A program made the translations under genes and the position numbers. Source: Desulfurella sp. (GTDB taxonomy: Bacteria; Campylobacterota_A; Desulfurellia; Desulfurellales; Desulfurellaceae). Taken from it: 49,611 nt of DNA. Location of the stretch: positions 1-49,611 of the forward strand of contig JAVRLY010000002.1 in NCBI GenBank assembly GCA_031960885.1, in the 5' to 3' direction. The notes under the pieces were generated by a model. The model saw only the letters and a list, made by a program, of their open reading frames with translations. It ran no database searches and was not told where the DNA came from. Shown piece by piece: positions 48,331 to 49,611 of the stretch. Within the stretch, counting starts at the first letter, position 1. Each line of letters opens with the position of its first letter.

Positions 48331-49035
48331 ATGAATATTCCAAAACATATAGCTATTATAATGGATGGAAATGGACGGTGGGCTAAACTTCAAGGAAAAA
48401 AAAGAATCTATGGTCACTATATTGGTTCATCAGTTATTGATAAAATAGCTATTAAAGCTAAAGAATTAAAAATCGAGTACCTAACACTTTATGCATTTTC
48501 TACAGAGAATTGGAAAAGACCAAAATCAGAAGTCGATTTTTTGATGAGATTGTTGCGCATCCAGATAAGAAAAAAAATAGACTTTATGATGAAAGAAAAC
48601 ATGAAATTTAACTATATTGGTGATATAACTCAATTACCTAAAAAACAGCAAGAGGCTATAGTCGATTTAAAAGAAAAAACACAGCACAATAGTGAGTTAA
48701 CTGTAAATTTTGCAATCAATTACGGTTCGCATATGGAAATCTTAAAAGCTTCCAAAAATATCTGCTTTGATGCGTTTTCAAAAAAAATAGATTGCAATAG
48801 TTTAAACGAAAGCGTTTTTGAGCAATATTTGTATACAAAAGGTATGCCAAGTGTCGATTTGTTAATAAGAACAGGGGGAGAAAAAAGAATAAGTAATTTT
48901 TTACTTTGGCAAATAGCATATGCAGAAATTATTTTTTTGGATAAATATTGGCCAGAATTTAATGAAGATGATTTAGTTCAATGCGTCAAAGAATTTAGCG
49001 AGAGAAAAAGACGCTTTGGCGGTTTAGATGATTAA
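48331..49035 (+). CDS. uppS: Undecaprenyl diphosphate synthase
   Basis: HIAIIMDGNGRWA, AFSTENWKRP, LIRTGGEKRISNFLLWQ, RRFGG. Confidence 0.98.
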   Translation: MNIPKHIAIIMDGNGRWAKLQGKKRIYGHYIGSSVIDKIAIKAKELKIEYLTLYAFSTENWKRPKSEVDFLMRLLRIQIRKKIDFMMKENMKFNYIGDITQLPKKQQEAIVDLKEKTQHNSELTVNFAINYGSHMEILKASKNICFDAFSKKIDCNSLNESVFEQYLYTKGMPSVDLLIRTGGEKRISNFLLWQIAYAEIIFLDKYWPEFNEDDLVQCVKEFSERKRRFGGLDD

Positions 49036-49611
49036 AAGAATAATCAGTGCTATTGTATTAATCCCCCTTGTTGTATTGAGTATACTTTATACTCCTTTTT
49101 GGTTTTTAAAACTATTAGTATTAGCTGCCGGTGTAATCTCTTATATTGAGTGGTCAAGCTTTAATCCTGTAAAGGAGCGTTTTTTTTATACTTTTTTGTC
49201 AATTGTTTTTTTATCAAGCGTATTGTTTTTATCAAATGAATATACATTTATTATTTTGATGATTATTTTTTTAGTACATATGCTTATTGGTTTTAAAAGG
49301 ATTAATAGGCAAGAGATTTTAGCTCAGTACTATTTGTTTGGCGGTATACTCTATGTATCTTTCTATGTTTTTTTTATTAATATTATTCAGCTAAATGATG
49401 GTAGATTATTATTTTTGATTTTGTGCGCTAGTATTTGGGTTGGCGATTCATTTGCGTATTTTTCTGGGAAGTCTTTTGGCAAAGTCAAATTAGCTAAAAC
49501 AATAAGTCCGAAAAAAACTTATGAAGGAGCCGTTTGCGGCGTTATTTTTGGTACACTTTTTTCTTTGGTTTTTGGATATTTTATCCATATAGATTTAAAT
49601 CGAGCTTTTTT
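49028..49611 (+). CDS. cdsA: Phosphatidate cytidylyltransferase, 3'-partial (absent from ORF track)
   Basis: Hand translation MIKRIISAIVLIPL...WVGDSFAYFSGKSFGKVKLAKTISPKKTYEG; follows uppS. Confidence 0.93.
   Translation, partial: MIKRIISAIVLIPLVVLSILYTPFWFLKLLVLAAGVISYIEWSSFNPVKERFFYTFLSIVFLSSVLFLSNEYTFIILMIIFLVHMLIGFKRINRQEILAQYYLFGGILYVSFYVFFINIIQLNDGRLLFLILCASIWVGDSFAYFSGKSFGKVKLAKTISPKKTYEGAVCGVIFGTLFSLVFGYFIHIDLNRAF

Noticed and set aside
344..48919. Many 60-160 aa ORFs in the track nested in or antisense to real genes (e.g. 36214-36696, 44045-44485, 29739-30131)
   Set aside because: Shadow frames of conserved genes with no SD or recognisable motifs.
1..49611. tRNA, rRNA, CRISPR array, IS element or prophage
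   Set aside because: The largest intergenic gap is about 230 bp and is explained by promoters and the rpsB leader; no such sequences or genes were seen.

Overview
AT-rich (roughly 30% GC by eye), very compact bacterial core-genome segment. Gene order (ndk-rpmF-plsX-fabH; recA-pilT-recX-alaS), a short EF-Ts and enolase signatures suggest a deep-branching Campylobacterota anaerobe such as Desulfurella/Hippea (inference only). About 52 CDSs, nearly all housekeeping: gpmA, DinG helicase, bioB, ferredoxin, a small rhamnose/WbaP cluster, the fatty-acid operon, minCDE, LPS-core GT9 genes, acyl-CoA synthetase, a recA-pilT-recX-alaS...comEC operon, mtnA, ftsY, murJ, thyX, eno and rpsB-tsf-pyrH-frr-uppS-cdsA. 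rpmF and the two edge genes are missing from the ORF track and were read by hand. I saw no CRISPR, tRNA/rRNA, prophage or IS element and cannot support a clearly new multi-gene system. The best leads are: a biotin synthase with a non-standard auxiliary-cluster Cys pattern behind a BirA-like operator; a loop-deleted, probably CC-only tRNA nucleotidyltransferase; several apparently leaderless transcripts; a coupled recA/PilT/ComEC operon; a VKOR-glutaredoxin fusion; and an exact 20-bp repeat bracketing ndk.
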